This document shows positions 63,501 through 64,000 of a DNA stretch of 64,000 nt, in pieces. The translations under genes and the position numbers were made by a program. The notes below the pieces were generated by a model that had not been told where the DNA came from, did no database searches, and saw only the letters and a list, made by a program, of their open reading frames with translations. The stretch spans positions 118,546,001-118,610,000 of the forward strand of contig NC_087436.1 of NCBI RefSeq assembly GCF_036321535.1, in the 5' to 3' direction. This DNA is from Camelus dromedarius. Lineage: Eukaryota. Positions within the stretch are counted from its first letter, which is position 1; the number at the start of each line of letters is the position of its first letter.

Positions 63501-63511
63501 AGCCGGTCACT
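19892..63511 (-). CDS. CRMP1: CRMP1 (collapsin response mediator protein 1 / DPYSL1), 5'-partial spliced CDS, exons 2-14
   Basis: 13 GT-AG exons with consistent phases, 1680 nt in total, from [16 protein letters not shown] to [20 protein letters not shown]1-type peptides [12 protein letters not shown] and [41 protein letters not shown]. Adjacent to EVC. Confidence 0.98.
20798..20938 (+). mobile_element. tRNA-derived SINE with target-site duplication
   Basis: gggagggtatagttcagtggtagagtgc...cctgggttcaatccccagtacctcc plus A-rich tail; flanked on both sides by ttaaaattctag (L1-endonuclease-type TT/AAAA site). Confidence 0.9.
22726..22891 (-). CDS. CRMP1: CRMP1 exon 13, 166 nt (C-terminal phospho-regulatory region)
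   Basis: gtttag|GTTTCT...TTATCAG|gtagga; [55 protein letters not shown]. Confidence 0.97.
22978..23156. repeat. Degenerate (CA)n tract
   Basis: Directly visible. Confidence 0.9.
23873..24052 (-). CDS. CRMP1: CRMP1 exon 12, 180 nt
   Basis: ttgcag|GCGGTG...AACAAG|gtgcgt; [60 protein letters not shown]. Confidence 0.97.
24712..24943 (+). mobile_element. 5'-truncated L1 3' end with poly(A)
   Basis: ataaacaacagggtcctactg...gcacaggga...gaatcacta.gctgcacaccagaaattaacacac...aaaaaaaaaaaa. Confidence 0.8.
26431..26520 (-). mobile_element. tRNA-derived SINE with TSD
   Basis: ttgaacccag...ctctgccactgagctgcaccctcccc; flanked by tcaaagtg(t/c)tttt. Confidence 0.85.
27268..27635 (+). mobile_element. Old L1 (L1M-type) 3' UTR remnant
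   Basis: atggaatattattcagccataaaaaggaatg...aagtaaaagaagccagatacaaaa. Confidence 0.75.
28113..28510 (+). mobile_element. MaLR LTR (MLT1B/C-like)
   Basis: gttaagatgaggtcactggag...tggtgtccttataaga...cacaagccaagga...ggcctccagaactg. Confidence 0.75.
29979..30149 (-). CDS. CRMP1: CRMP1 exon 11, 171 nt
   Basis: ctccag|GCTACT...AAGTCG|gtgagt; [57 protein letters not shown]. Confidence 0.97.
30515..30563. repeat. Perfect (AC)24 microsatellite in CRMP1 intron 10
   Basis: Directly visible. Confidence 0.97.
30855..30996 (-). CDS. CRMP1: CRMP1 exon 10, 142 nt
   Basis: tttgccag|TGGAGAC...GCGGTG|gtaagg; [47 protein letters not shown]. Confidence 0.97.
31098..31601 (+). mobile_element. ERV-type solo LTR, family A copy 1
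   Basis: Shares blocks with 51238-51854 (gacagga..gggcagggcacagcca; gggaatcccagccccttcccc; ctctctgaataaatctacc; ctgcgcgaagccaaggac); ends tgcatca. Confidence 0.8.
32513..32669 (-). CDS. CRMP1: CRMP1 exon 9, 157 nt
   Basis: tcccaag|GCCCC...GCCTG|gtgaga; (G)[51 protein letters not shown](C). Confidence 0.97.
33289..33783 (+). mobile_element. ERV-type solo LTR, family B copy 1, nested in an older MaLR-like element (~32925-33900)
   Basis: Long near-identical blocks with 46960-47474; TATAAAA and AATAAA present; ends gtaaca; imperfect 4-bp TSD ccag/gcag. Confidence 0.85.
34910..35030 (-). CDS. CRMP1: CRMP1 exon 8, 121 nt
   Basis: ccgcag|CTGGAG...AAGAAAG|gtacac; [40 protein letters not shown]. 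Confidence 0.97.
35190..35373 (-). mobile_element. Compound tRNA-derived SINE (full head plus a second head fragment)
   Basis: ggggattgaacccaggacctcg...ctaccactgagctatac; ctaccactgagctatac occurs twice. Confidence 0.85.
36294..36603. repeat. CA-rich minisatellite-like tract with recurring CAGGTGCAC unit
   Basis: Directly visible. Confidence 0.93.
37018..37086 (-). CDS. CRMP1: CRMP1 exon 7, 69 nt
   Basis: ttacag|GAACAA...GAAGAG|gtaaag; [23 protein letters not shown]. Confidence 0.96.
38771..38926 (-). mobile_element. tRNA-derived SINE inserted into an old L1 remnant
   Basis: gtggaggtactggggattgaacccagg...gagctatgccctcccc; TSD agacctag(g/t)ttt. Confidence 0.88.
39022..40800 (+). mobile_element. 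MaLR element retaining 5' LTR (~39022-39536), internal region and a partial 3' LTR
   Basis: LTR end gttacgcagcc...aactaataca is followed directly by gattttggtg...aaaaatgtgggaatggctttgg, which resembles the MLT1-int start. Confidence 0.7.
42046..42126 (-). CDS. CRMP1: CRMP1 exon 6, 81 nt
   Basis: ccttag|CTCTAC...GCTCAG|gtgagt; [27 protein letters not shown]. Confidence 0.96.
44030..44091 (-). CDS. CRMP1: CRMP1 exon 5, 62 nt
   Basis: gaaacag|GTGTCAAT...AGCCAG|gtaggt; (G)[20 protein letters not shown]. Confidence 0.96.
46960..47474 (+). mobile_element. ERV-type solo LTR, family B copy 2, inserted in an L2 remnant
   Basis: TG...CA termini (tgtaa...gtaaca), TATAAAA, imperfect TSD atta/attc; homologous to 33289-33783. 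Confidence 0.87.
47978..49012 (-). mobile_element. L1 3' remnant interrupted by an LTR (~48043-48638, + strand)
   Basis: L1 motifs cttagccatttgtaagtgtacagt and cagtggcattaaat...aactgaaactctgt...tggcttatttcac on either side of an LTR-like block ending ccctctacttgctaaca. Confidence 0.7.
49780..50292 (+). mobile_element. MaLR LTR (MLT1D-like) interrupted by a ~100-bp L1 3' fragment (49980-50083)
   Basis: MLT1 motifs on both sides; insert flanked by a 15-bp TSD aagcaga(a/g)gctggaa. Confidence 0.78.
50449..51870 (+). mobile_element. Nested ERV LTR cluster, including family A copy 2 (51238-51854)
   Basis: Copy 2 has TG...CA ends and an imperfect TSD tatc/catc; it interrupts another LTR end (ggggaccctctat|...|ccactaaca). 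Confidence 0.75.
52750..53300 (+). mobile_element. Old L1 remnant
   Basis: ttttacccatcaaattagcaa...gaaagtaatttggcagta...gatgttcacca. Confidence 0.6.
54320..54484 (-). CDS. CRMP1: CRMP1 exon 4, 165 nt
   Basis: tcccag|TTGACCAT...GACAAAG|gtcagt; [54 protein letters not shown]. Confidence 0.97.
54554..54860. repeat. Degenerate (CAT/CAC)n tract just upstream of the CRMP1 exon 4 acceptor
   Basis: Directly visible. Confidence 0.88.
55300..56475 (+). mobile_element. L2 LINE remnant
   Basis: cagggcctttgcacatgctgttccc...cctagcacagtgcctgg...ctcaataaatgtctgctggatgaa 3' end. Confidence 0.72.
57293..57462 (+). mobile_element. 5'-truncated L1 3' end with TSD
   Basis: Homologous to 24712-24943; flanked by aaa(a/g)ttgcttattaata. 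Confidence 0.82.
58208..58392 (-). CDS. CRMP1: CRMP1 exon 3, 185 nt
   Basis: ctccag|ACAAATC...ATGATCA|gtgagt; [61 protein letters not shown]. Confidence 0.97.
58868..59250 (+). mobile_element. MaLR LTR (MLT1A/B-like)
   Basis: atatgttgaagtcccaacccccag...attaagttaaaatgagg...agggtggggcctgatcca...ggtgtcctta. Confidence 0.78.
62490..62873 (+). mobile_element. MaLR LTR (MLT1A/B-like)
   Basis: cagaatgtgactgtgtttggagac...aattaagttaaaatgaggcc...cagcctccagaaatgtgaga. Confidence 0.8.
63423..63511 (-). CDS. CRMP1: CRMP1 exon 2, 89 nt
   Basis: ttttcag|AGTGAC...ATAAA|gtgggt; [29 protein letters not shown](K). Confidence 0.96.
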
Positions 63512-64000
63512 CTGAAAAGCCAAGCAAAGTAGTGTCATTAAAGAAAAGCCAGGAAATGTTTTTGTTCTTTCTAACTTTTAACATAGAAAGTTTAAATCGT
63601 TTCTAAAGGGAAGATAAGGCATAAAGAGCCCCCTCACAGCCATCACCCAGATGCTTTCAATACTTCAGCATTCTAATATCACCTACCTCCCCCCTCCGAC
63701 ACTTCGGCTTTTTTTTTTTTTTTTGCTGAAATATTTTAAAGCCCAAATATCACATCATTTCACCTATACATACTTCAGTTTATAATCTCTGTTAGGAGTT
63801 TTTAGATGAACATAATCACAATCCGTTATCCCAATAAACCCAATTAACATCAATTCTTTCATGTCAGTTAATAGTCAGACCACATTCAATTTTACTTGAT
63901 TTTCTCAAATACGTCCTTTTAGAGTGGGCTGGTTGGAATCAGGATCTACCCAACGTCCAAACTGCACCTGGTCCACAATTCTCTACAGTCTGTTAAAAAT

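Overview
Mammalian genomic DNA, not microbial. Its tRNA-derived SINEs resemble those of camelids, which is an inference. The window holds the convergent (tail-to-tail) EVC-CRMP1 locus. On the + strand are the last 8 coding exons of EVC (1105-12632, stop TAG at 12630-12632). On the - strand are 13 coding exons of CRMP1 (63511 down to the TGA at 19892-19894); exon 1 lies beyond the right edge. All 21 exons have canonical GT-AG sites, compatible phases and no internal stops. The 13 CRMP1 exons total 1680 nt, which fits the 572-aa short isoform if exon 1 supplies 39 nt. Exon numbers follow the human genes as I recall them. Introns and the intergenic gap are filled with MaLR/MLT and ERV-type LTRs, L1/L2 remnants, hAT fossils, SINEs and simple repeats; family names were assigned by eye and repeat boundaries are approximate. 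I see no wholly new biological system. The best leads are three: a phase-compatible candidate alternative EVC last exon lying antisense inside CRMP1 intron 13, a divergent pair of CTCF motifs at the two gene ends (one a near-perfect consensus inside CRMP1 coding sequence), and a 59-nt fully pairable L1-derived hairpin between the genes.
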